Source: Podarcis pityusensis (taxonomy: Eukaryota). Taken from it: DNA of 64,000 bases. Location of the stretch: assembly GCA_964106645.2 (NCBI GenBank), contig OZ067053.1; one strand, 5' to 3'. The notes beneath the pieces were generated by a model. It had not been told where the DNA came from, ran no database searches, and worked only from the letters and a program-made list of their open reading frames with translations. This document shows positions 51,526-64,000 of this stretch, piece by piece (position 1 is the stretch's first letter; each line of letters begins with the position of its first letter). The position numbers and the translations under genes are program-made.

Positions 51526-53037
51526 GCTACAACTATCACTACGTAGTTCCAAAAACACTATTTGGTAAACCCGCTCCAGTGAAGGGGCACTTTGTCAGGT
51601 GAGAATTGGAAAAGTAAAAGCACCCAGCCCCCATTGACCCAGTCTTGCACGTGGTTCTCACCCCACACATTCCTATTATGTCAGAACCCACATTTTTGCC
51701 GAGATAATGTCTAGCTCCACCCTTGAACTAATCCTGTTGCAGATGGATTATGCTATAGCATACCCCATGCCTGATTTAAGTTCTGAAATTCACTGTACAA
51801 AGCCACTTTATACACAGAGTCAGATTACCGGTTCATCAAGCCCCTCTTCCCCAACCTGGTACCCTCCACATGCTTTGGAATATAGCTCCCACGAGCCCCA
51901 TCTAGCCCCATGATTACCAACAGTTATAGTTCTGAGACAACTGGAGGTCATCTGGTTGGGGCTAGCTAAATACTGCTTCTTCTCAAAGTGGTAGTGGCTT
52001 TCCAAGGACTCCCAGATTCGTGCCCTAAGATTCTTTCAATGATAACATGTGGGAAACTCAACCTTGACCTTTTGCATACAAAGCATCTATTCTACCACAA
52101 AAGTCATAGCGTGTGTTCTTTGGGAAATTCTTAATTTTTCATCTCTCTCCTAAGAAGAAACTTCTCAGGTGTCATTTAGATGTATCCTCAACATGTAAGA
52201 AAGCCTCTATTTACTTTCAGTTCTGGAACTGTTCCACTTTCCACCCCTCCAAAATTCTCCATCCCTTAGACCTCATAAGTCAATGGATTGCTGTCCTGTT
52301 TCAGTGTATGCTACAGCCCATTACTTCAGGCACAAAAATGAGCTCAACAAAAAGCAGAAACCACCATTATAAAGATTAAATCTAAAGCGGCCAGACAAAG
52401 TCATGATGACATGACTCCCTTTATCATCGTAAAAAAAACCCAGACAGAATTAATGTGACAAACTCAATGCCAAAACATTGTTCCTATGCAGTGATTACAA
52501 ATCTTTTAAAAATGCCAAAGGGAATTGGATTTACATATTTCAGCTACATGATTAAAACTGCCAGTTTCTGAAGCACTGCAAGAGATGATATGTGCCAATT
52601 CATAAAGATGCTTTAGTCTCACAGACTCGCTGGCTATCACAGTTGAAAGGATACTTACATGTACTTTTGTCCCTCAAAAGAGGGTCTTGAAGTGTAACAA
52701 AAACCCCACCCTCCAAAAAACTAAGCTACTCCCACAGTTTTCAGAAAGCTGAGATTTTGTCAGCACCTAGTCAAGTTACTAATAAAGGTCTGAAAACTTG
52801 GGAGGTGCAATTTGCTTCTAAAGAGAGGCAGCCTTCTAGCACAGAGCAAGCCAAGTCATCTATAGAATGGAATGGTCGGGCTGTGGAAGTTCTGCCGCCT
52901 CTTCTCACACCCAAATGAGCCTAAGAGAGAACCACCAATAACGTGCTTCTAAGCTTGCACAGTGCAAGCTGAAATCTACAGTGTAGGTCCGGTGTATGTA
53001 TTGCAAAAAAGAGACTGAGATAACAAAACGAACTTAC

Positions 53038-53088
53038 ATTTTTTCATAGAGGCACTTGCATCCAAGAAAGGGTGATGGAAAAATTCAT
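53038..53088 (-). CDS. ULK1: ULK1 exon 11 equivalent (end of kinase domain)
   Basis: 51 nt; DEFFHHPFLDASASMKK; ends in phase 1 at a GTAAGT donor. Confidence 0.95.
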
Positions 53089-54317
53089 CTGAAGAAAGAA
53101 AAAGGAAGAAAATGTAAATATCGATGTTTTACGAAGTTAGAGTTCAATCATGCAAAAAACCAAAAACCAAACAATGTTTAATTATCTTACTTGTTTAAGT
53201 AGGATTTGTATCCTGCTTTTGAGTCCTCAAAAAGCTCTTGGGTAATGTGCCAAGTCTAGCTTGAGAGCATTTAAAACAGTCCTGGCAATCTTCTTCAAGA
53301 GCCAAGCTATCAGGTACAGGACAGAGGACTTGAGAAAAGATTTTTAACCTATTGCCCTTCACTGTGGTTCCAAACTTGATCTGGGGAGGACTGAACATGG
53401 TATTTCTCCTCTACCACCCTGCTCACTAGCCTGCACGCAGTTCCTTCTTGCCTGTGGCTACCAGGCTTCCCCAGCCTTGGGTCCCTGGATGTGATTGGAC
53501 TACAGTTGTCATCAGCCACAGCAAGCATGGCCCATGGTCAGGGATGGTGGATGCTGTAGTCCAACTTCAGCTGTGGACCCAAGGTTGGCAAAGGAAGGCT
53601 TAAATGCAAGACAGCACCAACATTCAGGAGTGGCATGTCTTTACTCCTCCAAGACCACAGAGTGTCTTGCTTTGAGGCATCCTACAGCCACCTGGGAAAA
53701 ACCACAGACAGCTAGTTGACAGAAGCTTACCACCGCCCAACAAAACGGCATTATTAGGTCACCCTATTAGTTTAAAGTACAATGACCATATCCACCCCAC
53801 CCCCCTCAAAAATAAATAAATCACAATGGTTTTGCTAAATCCGGCCATGCTTCATCTATAAATGTACAATTAAAACTGGGATCAGTTAATCCCTGGCCTT
53901 GATTTGGCCAGCTGCTTGGGGATGTTCTCTAAAGCCCAGTTTCATTGACAAACATAATCTGAAAGAATAACAGACGGCAAACCAATTAGGATTAAGCCGG
54001 GGTTGACAGCATGATGTCTGCAAAGGATCAGTGGTGCTGGGGGAGGAGAGGGGCTTGAATCAAACTTGAATGAAGAGAACAATCAGCAAAACTTTGCCAT
54101 GCGAGATGCTGATACCTTAAAACAATGTCCACAAACCTCCTTCAAGCAAAGGGGTGCACTGAGCTATTGTCAACCCTCTGGGGGCACAGCCAAAGTGTGA
54201 AAGTCGGTGTGTCTGAAGTGTAAGGGCAGAGTCAATTTTATTAAAGGGCATCTCTTTCTTTGGTGTGGTTCTGGTCTGACTTGTTTACGAAGTGTCTCAG
54301 AAGGCAAAATTCCTTAC

Positions 54318-54400
54318 CAAAGTCCATGCGGTCCTTGTGGTTCCGTTGCAAGAGTCCTAGCAGCAGCTGCCTCAAGTGGGCTGATGTCTCCCTTGGAATG
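54318..54400 (-). CDS. ULK1: ULK1 exon 10 equivalent (kinase C-lobe)
   Basis: 83 nt; [27 protein letters not shown]. Confidence 0.96.
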
Positions 54401-55605
54401 CTTAAAAAGAAAAAAGAAAGAAATCTTATATTGTGCCACACAGGTGGTTGTTGTTGTTTTTATTTATTTTTAAAAGCTACTTTTATACTACTCTTACTAG
54501 AGATTCAAAGTATTTTACAAGATCAAACGCAGTACAATGAATGGTCATAAAACAACACACAAATGACAGATGCTAATTAAAAACGGGAAAATCAAAGGCA
54601 ACCAGATGGGGTGAGGAGAAACCAGTTTAGCCAAAAGCTTGATGGAAGCATTAGCTTTTACAACTGCTTAATAATCTCAAGAAAAAGCACTTGGGCTCTA
54701 TCTATAAGGCTTAGAAAACCTGATATTCTATCCTGCTGTGGGGATGGATCCAACAACCTTGTTGCCTGGATCTCGCTCAGTGCTGTCCATAGAGAAACTA
54801 AATGGAAGAGAAGCTACTCTGTCACCTAACTTGAGGGAAAATGCCATTTTTACTCCATTAGCTATGCTGGCTGGGGGAGATGGGAGATGGAATCCAACAT
54901 CATCTGGAGGCACCACATTGGCTAACCCTTCCCTACTGGAAACCACAGGTACTTTTCCAATTCAGGTACCAAACTACCTTAAGCTTCCCTGCAGTGAACA
55001 GAACTAGTCCCTGCACACACAAAAAACTAGCTTTGCAAGGAGAAGGTTTTCATCTAACCTTCTTTCCAACATGTTCAATTTCAACACAAAGTGTCCCCCA
55101 TTTTCTTTTTCACAACACTTGAAGCAGCAATTTGAAAAAAGCAAAAATGATCACACACACACACACACCCGCCAATCCTGGTAATATATACCAGGCAGAG
55201 ACACATTCAGAAGAGAGAAGGGAGGGGGCAGAGGAAGGAAAAACCTGGCAGAGCAGTTTTAAAATTCTTGCACAGGCGAAACCAGGCCGTCTTGGCATTT
55301 GCTGTGTACACAACTTGGTGCCTGCCGCCTGTCAGGTTTGCTTGGAGAGGTCAGGTCAGGTAATGGCATATTCACGGCAAACATCCCAGATCTTTAAAAC
55401 TAACACTACTCCACTTAGCCTGGCACGGCTCAGTCCCTTGCAGGCTTGCCCTCTCTCCCCACATTGATGCCTACTCAGAAATGTCTAAGTAAACAACTGT
55501 GTGCCAGGGGCTAATATTTGGGAAGCATTTCCAAACTGCTCTCTCTCTCTCTCTATCAACTTTCTGCTGAATTCCAATGCTGGGGAAAACAGTAAAACTG
55601 AAGGT

Positions 55606-55764
55606 NNNNNNNNNNNNNNNNNNNNNNNNNNNNNNNNNNNNNNNNNNNNNNNNNNNNNNNNNNNNNNNNNNNNNNNNNNNNNNNNNNNNNNNNNNNNNNN
55701 NNNNNNNNNNNNNNNNNNNNNNNNNNNNNNNNNNNNNNNNNNNNNNNNNNNNNNNNNNNNNNNN
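55606..55764. other. Assembly gap (N run)
   Basis: Run of N. Confidence 0.99.
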
Positions 55765-56985
55765 TACAGGACATTCCTTAGAGCTCTCTTGCCTAGTGCA
55801 AAACAGGAGCTGTTGCGCAGGGGCACCTTCTGAAAAATGATCTAGGTTTTCTACGAAATCCACAGCCCTCTTTTACAGGCACTTCCTAGAAATCATAAAG
55901 CAACAGCAGCTGCAAGTAACGTCTGATCCGGGCGGGTCAACAAACAGGAATTTTCCAGCTTGGCTGGCTGGGATGTTCACGTGAGAAGCAGTGCTGCAGG
56001 CACGTGGAATGTCAGGACAGGAAGTGCTGGGCACTTTGAAGGCTGCGTGGTCCTCCTTAAGGACAGCTGCATCAAAACACCAGGTGGTAAGGCAGAGGGA
56101 TTAAGACCTGTCTCCCAAATCAGGTAAAAAAATCCCATCAAGTCCCAACATTGCAGGAACACAGAAGCTGCATTTTTCACAACTCAGGCTATTTCTCCAC
56201 CTAGCACAAATACTGCAGGATTGGAAAACTAGTAACCTTCATAGGCTGCTAGAGCCCAGCTCCCATCATCCTTGACCACTGACCACACTGGCTGGGGCTT
56301 GTAGAAGTCCAACCATGTATGAAAGGCCCCCAGTCCCTGGTTTACTGTGAGTGGCAGACAAAAACGGTCTTTTGCATCACTAGCTGCCTGGTCCTTTTGT
56401 TGATGATGCATTACTTGCTTTCACAAACAGGGCATGGAATCCCAGCATTATGTATTGCAGAAGCACACCGCCTCCGAATGAGGATGCTCCTTTCAGTGAA
56501 AATAGTTGAAAGCCGGTAATAATCTCACCCTCTCCTGTCCTCTCCAAGACCATAAATATATTAAGATCACGAGATGCAAAACCAGGAAGCCTTCAGTTCA
56601 AATTTCTACCCCTGCTCAAGTTCTTTGGTAGCTGTATGCAAGCCACCAATAAATAGTTTAGGGATACCTGGCCTGCCTTATAGGGCTGGTGCAAGACAGG
56701 GGTGAGGAACATGTGGGGTGCACCGTGGGTTGTTGGACTACAACTCCCATCATCCCTGACCATCACCCATGCTGGCTGGCTGGGGCTGATGGGGAATCCA
56801 CCAACATTTGGAAGGCTGGCTGGAGGGACGAATAGTCTGCAATGGTGTAAGACGGTTGCTTCACGGATTGTTATCTTCTCTGCAAAAACTAGCCACAATG
56901 GCTCATAACGGAAAGGCACAAATGCAGTTTTTCCTTCCCAAGAGAACACAAGACATGTTGTGCATCCTGTCCCGCTAACAGTTTC

Positions 56986-57251
56986 TGTTAGGTGGTGGGT
57001 TGACATAGCAGCCGGCACAGCGATTTCTTCAAGTAGCTCTTTATTATGGTAAGCTGGAATAGAACTGACTGCGAACAGCTCAGCCGGCCTGTATTTATAG
57101 GCAGCCGGCTGTCAACATTGTAACCACAACAGCCCAGAGTTCCCGCCTAAAATAACTGCCGCGGACCTGAGTGAAAACTATCTACAGACCTGAGTGAAAA
57201 CTATATACAGTATCCCCCTGTTGGCCCAGGGTGAAACTACACTACATAACA
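56986..57251 (-). repeat. Gypsy 3' LTR
   Basis: Identical by eye to 61674-61939; on the minus strand, TATAAATA at ~57092-57099 and AATAAA at 57040-57045. Confidence 0.95.
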
Positions 57252-57364
57252 CCCCTCCCCACCGAGATAAGGCGTTAGTTACAATCGTAATGGTTTCCTT
57301 ATATACAGCACTACGCGTAATGGTTCAATTAAGCACAAAAGCATATCGGTTACATTTCCCATAC

Positions 57365-60300
57365 TTAGACCAACAGTGATACCTGTCCAACAACATAGTC
57401 CTTTAAATAAGTTGGGCGCTTGGAAACTCTGCCAGACCGCCGGGGACTGGTAGCCAAGTCCGGAGGGCCACACAGTTCTCGCTGAGGCTGTGGTGCGACC
57501 CTAGGTGGTGTTGGAACCAACTCCCCTGGATCCGCTGCTGTGGGTGGAGCCTCCGCAAGTGGAGTGGTCTGAGTCTGTTCTGAAACGGCTTGGTTCGGCT
57601 CCACGCTGGCAGTTTGTGAGGGAGGTGTAGGTGGGGCCTCGCCATCTGTACGTGTCTCTTCTGGAGCCGCAAGCGCAGTTGGGGGCACCTCGGTAGTGTC
57701 CAAGTCCCCAACCCTGCGCCTAAGCTGGTCTATGTGCCGTCGCCACAAGCGTCCGTCTTCGAGTGCCACCTGGTACGAGCGAGGTCCAGTGACTCCCACT
57801 ACTGTGGCTGGCACCCAAGGGATGTCCCCCACATAGTTCCGGGCAAAGACCTGGTTTCCTGGGACAAATGACCGTGGTGCGTTGGCACAGCCTGGGGGTT
57901 CAGCCACGGCAAAGTCTGGGTGTAGCCGGTCGAGCGGTGACCTGAGGCGGCGGCCCATAAGCAGTTCAGCAGGACTCCTCCCTGTGGCCGCATGAGGGGT
58001 GATGTGTTGCACGAACAAGTATTCGGCGACCCGCTCATGCCAGTCTCCCCGGTCCAGGCGCGCCAGTGCCTCTTTTGTCGAGCGCACCATTCTTTCCGCT
58101 TGCCCGTTGCTGGATGGATGAAAAGGTGCCGTTAGGGCATGGCGGATGCCCAGTCCCAAAAGATACCGCTCAAACGTGCCTGACGTGAACTGCGGTCCGT
58201 TGTCAGAGACAAGGACATCAGGACACCCATGCGTTGCAAACAGGCCTCGCAGCACCCGGATGACAGCTTCGGTAGTGGTGGAGGGCATCAGGGCGACCTC
58301 CAGCCATTTGGAATAGGCGTCCACCACTACCATAAAGGTCCGGCCGTGAAAGGGGCCAGCCAGATCGATGTGCACCCTCGACCAGGGTGTCTTTGGCGTC
58401 TCCCAGGTGTGTCCCTTAGCTGCCGGTGGTGCAGGCCTCGACTCCTGGCACGCTTGACAGGCGGACACCCAGGCAGTGATGGCATCGTCCATATTAGGCC
58501 ACCAGACGTAACACCGAGCCAACGCCTTCATTTTGACAATTCCCGGGTGGCCAACGTGCAGAGCCTCCAGGACGCGCTGACGGAGTCCCTGGGGAATCAC
58601 GACGCGGTCTCCCCACAGCAGGCAGCCACGATGAGCTGAGAGTTCATGTTGTCTGGTTGCGAAGGGCTGGAACTCCGATGCAAAAGGCCCTTGTGGCCAC
58701 CCCCTCCACACCCAGTTGAGCACCCGGCTGATGGTGCGATCCTGGGCAGATGCGGAGGCCACAGTGGCAGCCGATACAGGCGCTGCCGGAAGATCCTCAA
58801 TCAGAAGGAGCGATGAAGCTGGAGCCGGGTCTTCCACAAATGCTGGAAGAGGGCAACGGCTGAGGGCGTCGGCATGGCCCATCGATTTCCCCGGGCGATG
58901 GATGAGCCGGTAGTGGTAGGCAGCCAGGAAAACAGTCCATCGCAGCATGCGTGGTGAGAGGACCGGTGGAGTTGGACGATCACCGGCGAGGAGGCCCAGG
59001 AGTGGCTTGTGGTCAGTGATGAGGTCAAAAGTCCTGCCATAGAGGTATTCATGGAACCTCTTCACTCCAGCCACAAGTGCCAATGCCTCCTTGTCGAGCT
59101 GGCTGTAATTCCGTTCCGTTGGAGATAGTGTCCTGGAAAAGTAGGCGAGCGGTGCTTCTCTTCCATCTGGAAAACGGTGACTAAGGACAGCACCGATGCC
59201 AAAAGGTGAGGCGTCGCAGGCAAGGACCAGCGGCCTGGATTCACTGTACTGTACCAGCACACTGTCTGAAGAAAGGAGAGCCTTGACCGCGTTGAAGGCC
59301 GCCGTCTCCCGATGACCCCAGGCCCAAGGCGTCTTAGTGCTAAGGAGTCGGTGAAGAGGCTCAGCCACTGTGGCTTTGTGGGGCAGGAACATGTTATAAA
59401 AGTTCAGCAGCCCCAGGAATGCCTGCAACTCCGTTTTGTTCTTTGGGGTGGGGGCCTGCTGGATAGCGCGGATCTTGGATGTGGTTGGATGAAGACCGGA
59501 GGCATCGATAAGATAGCCCAGGAACTCTACCTGTGGAACGGCGATCTGGCACTTCTCCCTCTTTACCTTGAGCCCGGCCTCCTGGAACCTGGTCAGCACG
59601 GCACGGAGGCGCTCGAACAGCTGCTGGTGTGAGTCTGCAGACACCAAGACGTCATCAAAATATGGTACCACGCCCGGAAGCCCTTGCAGGAGACGCTCCA
59701 TAAGGCTTTGGAAGATGCCAGGAGCCACACTCACCCCGAACTGCAACCGGCGGCAACGGAAAGCCCCCCCGGTGGGTGACGATCGTCTGGGCTTCAGCAG
59801 TGGCATCATCGACTGGCAGTTGTTGATAGGCTTGGGCAAGGTCCAGCTTAGCGAAGACCTTACCCTCACCCAGGGAATGCAGCAGGTGTTGGACAACAGG
59901 AACCGGATAAGCGTGCTGCTGAAGTGCCTTGTTGATCGTGCACTTGTAGTCAGCGCAGATTCTCACCGACCCATCTGGCTTGACAGGCGTGACGATGGGG
60001 GTTTCCCACTTTGCGTGGTCAACCGGCTCCAAAACTCCTTGGGCGATCAGTTTGTCCAGTTGTTCATCCACCTTAGCCTTGAGAGCAAAGGGAACCCGGC
60101 GTGGCTTTAGCTTGATGGGGGCGACTTGTGGATCAAGGCTAAAGGAGATGGGCGTACCTGTATATTGGCCCAAGGTGCCGTCAAAAACCTCGGCAAAGTC
60201 TTTGACCAGACCCTCAGTCTCTGCGTTAGAGATGCAGTTGATGCCGGTGACTTCCAGGCCGAGGGCATCAAACCAGTCTAGCCCTAGGAGGCTTGGCCGC

Positions 60301-61478
60301 TGACCTTCGACCACCACCAACCGGAGCAGGCCCGAAAAATCCTTGAAGGCGATCCGGAACCGGCCAACGCCTACCACGGGAATGTCGTTTCCCTGGTAGT
60401 CTCTCAGGTGTACGCGGTGAGAGTCGAGTTGCCTTTTGGACACTCTGGGTACCAGTCTTTTGATGGTGCTCCATGACACGATGGACAGGGCAGACCCGGT
60501 GTCGATCTCCATGTCACATGGAGCTCCTTCAATGAGCACCGTGACGTTCAGCTTGCGTCGCGTAGGCGAGTCGGTTTGGCCAATCGTGGTTCCAGACGGG
60601 CAGCGGCAGTTGGTGAGAGCGAAACAACTTTCCTTGGCAGACTGGAGTGAAGACTTGGACTTGCGAATCGATGAAGGGGGGGTGTCAGACGGAGCCGATC
60701 GGCAGACCTTAGCGATGTGGCCCCTTCTGGAACACTTCCTACAGATGGCGTCTCTGAATCGACACTTGGCACGGGAATGGTTGCCTCCGCAGCCAGCACA
60801 TTCCGGTTGGCCCTTGGACTTCTGTTGGAACTTCCTGCGCTCCCGCTTTGTCTGGTGCACGTCATCGTCTTCACTGGAGGATGCCTCCTCACTGCTGGCC
60901 TTTTCATGATGCACCGGAACTGGCTCCCTAGCAAGACGCGGGCTGCTGGACTTGCGGATCTCCTGGGCGGAGCGTTCAGCAGCTTCTGAGGCCACAGCCT
61001 CCTCAATGGCTTTCTGTAGCGTGAGGTCTGGCTTGGCTAGGAGGCGCCGTTGCAGATGGATGTCCCGGACCCCGCAGACGATTCGATCCATCAGGGCATC
61101 GTCTAAGTCTCGGAACTCACAGTGCATTGCAGCCTGTCGCAGGGCGGTGGTGTAGTTGTTGATTGACTCCCCCTCTGCCTGGTTCCGGTGGTAGAACGCA
61201 TGGCGGGCAGCAATCTTGGACGGCTTTGGTGCGTAGTGGTTGCGGAGCTTCTCTTGGATCGTGTCCCATGGTGTTGCCTGGACTGCTTCAGGCGCAACCA
61301 ACGCTCGGGCCGTCTCAAACACCTCAGGCCCACAGAGGCTGAGGAATAGGCCCCGCTTCCGCTCCTGTGATACTTCTGTCAGCTCGTTGGCTTGGAGGTA
61401 GCAGTCGAACCGAGCGAGGTAGGAGTCCCATGATTCAGAGGCTGGCGCAAACGGCGGTAGAGGCACAAGTGAAGCCAT
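57365..61478 (-). CDS. Gypsy Gag-Pol (~1370 aa) with a single 1-nt frameshift at 59764-59770
   Basis: Two Zn knuckles; protease IDTGSA; RT YFDD; RNase H LACDAS and TDHKPL; integrase HHCC with HIDLAGP, SDNGPQF, NGQAER. The two track ORFs join at THRG-AFR. Confidence 0.92.
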
Positions 61479-61654
61479 GATTCCGATGCCGGCGTGAAGG
61501 GCGATGGATGGAACACAGTGCTCTAGCCAGAACAGTCAGCTCTGAATTGGTTCTGCCCAGTGATTTCGCTCAGTGATTTCGCTCTGTGATTCAGCTCAGT
61601 GATTCAGCTCAGTTCAGAGGCTGGCCGCATCTGGCTGTGCTCTGATGTCCATCG

Positions 61655-61672
61655 ATCCCATCCTCGTCGCCA
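61655..61672 (-). promoter_or_regulatory. Primer-binding site, tRNA-Ser(GCU)
   Basis: The + strand ATCCCATCCTCGTCGCCA matches the recalled 3' 18 nt of vertebrate tRNA-Ser(GCT) plus CCA; 1 nt from the 5' LTR. Confidence 0.85.
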
Positions 61673-61673
61673 G

Positions 61674-61939
61674 TGTTAGGTGGTGGGTTGACATAGCAGC
61701 CGGCACAGCGATTTCTTCAAGTAGCTCTTTATTATGGTAAGCTGGAATAGAACTGACTGCGAACAGCTCAGCCGGCCTGTATTTATAGGCAGCCGGCTGT
61801 CAACATTGTAACCACAACAGCCCAGAGTTCCCGCCTAAAATAACTGCCGCGGACCTGAGTGAAAACTATCTACAGACCTGAGTGAAAACTATATACAGTA
61901 TCCCCCTGTTGGCCCAGGGTGAAACTACACTACATAACA
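61674..61939 (-). repeat. Gypsy 5' LTR
   Basis: 266 bp, adjacent to the PBS. Confidence 0.95.
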
Positions 61940-62668
61940 CCTTCCAATGTGGATGAATAGCAGCCCTTGGGATTCCAAACAGGAAGACTTGGACTTTTTA
62001 TCCATGCAGTGAAACCAATGCCTGAACCTGAGCCCAAGCAGGTTCGTACATGACGGTAAACACTTTTGGGCACCTGCCAAAATCTAGGTCCTTTCCCCAG
62101 TTTGAACATGCATAGGATTTGAATGGACTCTGTGTGCGCTACTGCTGTTTTAAACTGTGTTGGTGTAGAAAGCCTTGTGCAACTTGAGACCAGAATACCA
62201 GTTGTTCCCTCCCGGTGATATGGAAGTCCGCCTCGCTTATAGCTATCAGGAATGCACCTCCACTGTACCATTTTTAGCGCCTACTAAAAATGTTTTTTGT
62301 TCAGATACCCAGATATCTAGAATCCTGATGTGTCTTCAGTTCATTGCCATTTTTAGTTTTTTGAACGTTTTAAACAGTTGTTACAAGTAATTTTATTGTT
62401 TTATTCTTTTCGTAAACTGCTTTGAAGCTTGTTTGTATATAAATTTTATGAAATAAGTAAAATTTGCATTTAATGTTCCCAGCCCTAAGAGGTGCTGCAC
62501 CTCCTCTATAGCAAAGATTTGGCAAACTTCATTGCTTTTGACTTCCAGACATCTTTCTAAACCAGACATCAGGCCTATGCAGCTATTTAAAATTTTCTTG
62601 AGAGGCCAGTCCTTTTAAAGATATTTCTGTACTGCATTTTTTTAAAAAAATGTTGCTATACAGTACAC

Positions 62669-62922
62669 CATGGGTAGGGAAACTAAGGCCCAGGGGATGG
62701 ATCCGGCCCAATCGCCTTCTAAATCTGGCCTGCGGATGGTCTGGGAATCAGCGGTTTTTACATGAATAGAATGTGTCCTTTTATTTAAAATGCATCTCTG
62801 GGTTGTTTGTGGGGCACAGGAATTCGTTCATTTTTATTTTTTTTTCAAAATACAGTCCAGCCCCCCACAAGGTCTGAGGGACAGTGGACCGGGCCCCTGC
62901 TGAAAAAGTTTGCTGACCCCTG
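62669..62922. mobile_element. hAT-type MITE
   Basis: Ends TTGCTGACCCCTG; degenerate 8-bp TSD CAGTACAC / CTATACAC; same family as 9126-9370. Confidence 0.7.
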
Positions 62923-64000
62923 CTATACACCATCCTGATGTTTTGCGATAGGGCATTGTATAAATGGTACAGTGTTGGTTTTTATACGTGCAAATGTTTT
63001 AACTAATTCATATATGTAACAGTTTTATTATATTGTAATTCATTTTGAGTTCTCATTTTAAAAGGATTTATAAATGAAATTAACACTAGCACATAGGTAA
63101 CGGCTGATATTGAGTGCACTGTCCACTTTGCTCCTCTTTACTAGCACACACAAGAAACGAATCCCAATCCACTTGAACCTAGGATCATGGTTTGGTTTGA
63201 CTCCCAACAAACCATGGTTTGTTCTTAAGTGACTGCTCACGGCTTACTGGCTCTAAAAAGTTTGGATATCAGGCTAAGTCATGTACTAAGCAGGAAGGAG
63301 CAAAGTGGTCAGAACTGATTTACTGGGCCAGTGACTTAAAGTGCAAGGAAATTTATTCCTGTCCACGCACATCTGAAATAGGTCTTGGACGTCACATTCT
63401 GGGTTGTGTGATATGTATTCAGCTCCTACTTGCAACCCTAATTTAATTATTCTCACTGCAGAGGACATAAATAGCTTTGTTTATCTGCTGCTCCCCACCC
63501 TCCTACCCCACCCCTTCCTTCATACAGCTTCTAGGCATATTACACAGCCAAGAAACAGGGAGAGCCCACAGCAAACCCAGGGGTCACGTCGAAGCCCTCA
63601 AAAAGAGCTGACAAACAGGCCGTCTCCGTTCCACACCCAGTTCATCTGACATTTCCAGTCTCTGCTGAACAGTGTTGTTTCCTAGTCACCTTGTTTAAAA
63701 ACAAAAGCATGCCGCCCAAAGCGTTATGGGTAGGCAAGCCAGCTTATTCAAAGGGAGAAGGCGAGCACAAGCTATTTCACACCATCTGATTAAAATAGCA
63801 CGCCCTTTTGGATCAAAGCCAAGAGCACGGGCTTCCCCGCCTCAGAATGGCATTCACCTGTGTCAGCAAATCTTAGGCTTGAAATGGCATGCTACGTGAG
63901 ACAAGGGGGTGCCACCAAAATAGCGTCCCCAGGTTGAGGCTCCCTCCTTCTCCACGCAGTTTTGCATCACTTGTAGGGGAATGGTGATGTAAATGAGGGT

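Larger units (their letters stand above)
56986..61939 (-). mobile_element. Full-length Ty3/Gypsy LTR retrotransposon
   Basis: Two 266-bp LTRs (TG...CA), PBS, PPT (GGGGAGGGG beside the 3' LTR) and gag-PR-RT-RH-IN order. Confidence 0.97.

Noticed and set aside
59760-59775. Programmed ribosomal frameshift in the Gypsy element
   Set aside because: The shift lies within the RT domain at a homopolymer, not at a gag-pol boundary; an indel or sequencing error is simpler.
54401-64000. ULK1 exons 1-9
   Set aside because: No match to ASSPQDLRLFYEKN or earlier kinase motifs was found; they are presumably beyond the window, though the N gap cannot be excluded.

Overview
Vertebrate genomic DNA, almost certainly squamate and probably a lacertid lizard (Sauria SINE and squamate MITE families). 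Most of the window is the 3' two-thirds of ULK1 on the minus strand: 19 coding exons equivalent to human exons 10-28 (54400 to 14912), all with GT-AG boundaries and matching phases, plus a ~4.5 kb 3' UTR. Exons 1-9 were not found and presumably lie beyond the right edge. The left end holds short + strand exons of a HEAT/MROH-like gene, followed by a decayed Ty1/copia element with a nested hAT MITE that carries a CpG-island-like insert. A very young full-length Gypsy element with identical LTRs sits in ULK1 intron 9 in the sense orientation. The top candidate for novelty is a putative alternative last exon in ULK1 intron 11 (51223 to ~49430). It is open in the phase left by exon 11, encodes a 191-aa Pro/Ser/Arg-rich tail ending in a PDZ-ligand-like SYIWV, and has its own AU-rich UTR and poly(A) signal. 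This predicts a kinase-plus-novel-tail ULK1 isoform lacking the LIR and the ATG13/FIP200-binding domain. Exon numbers and family assignments rest on recalled human ULK1 and TE hallmarks, not database searches.
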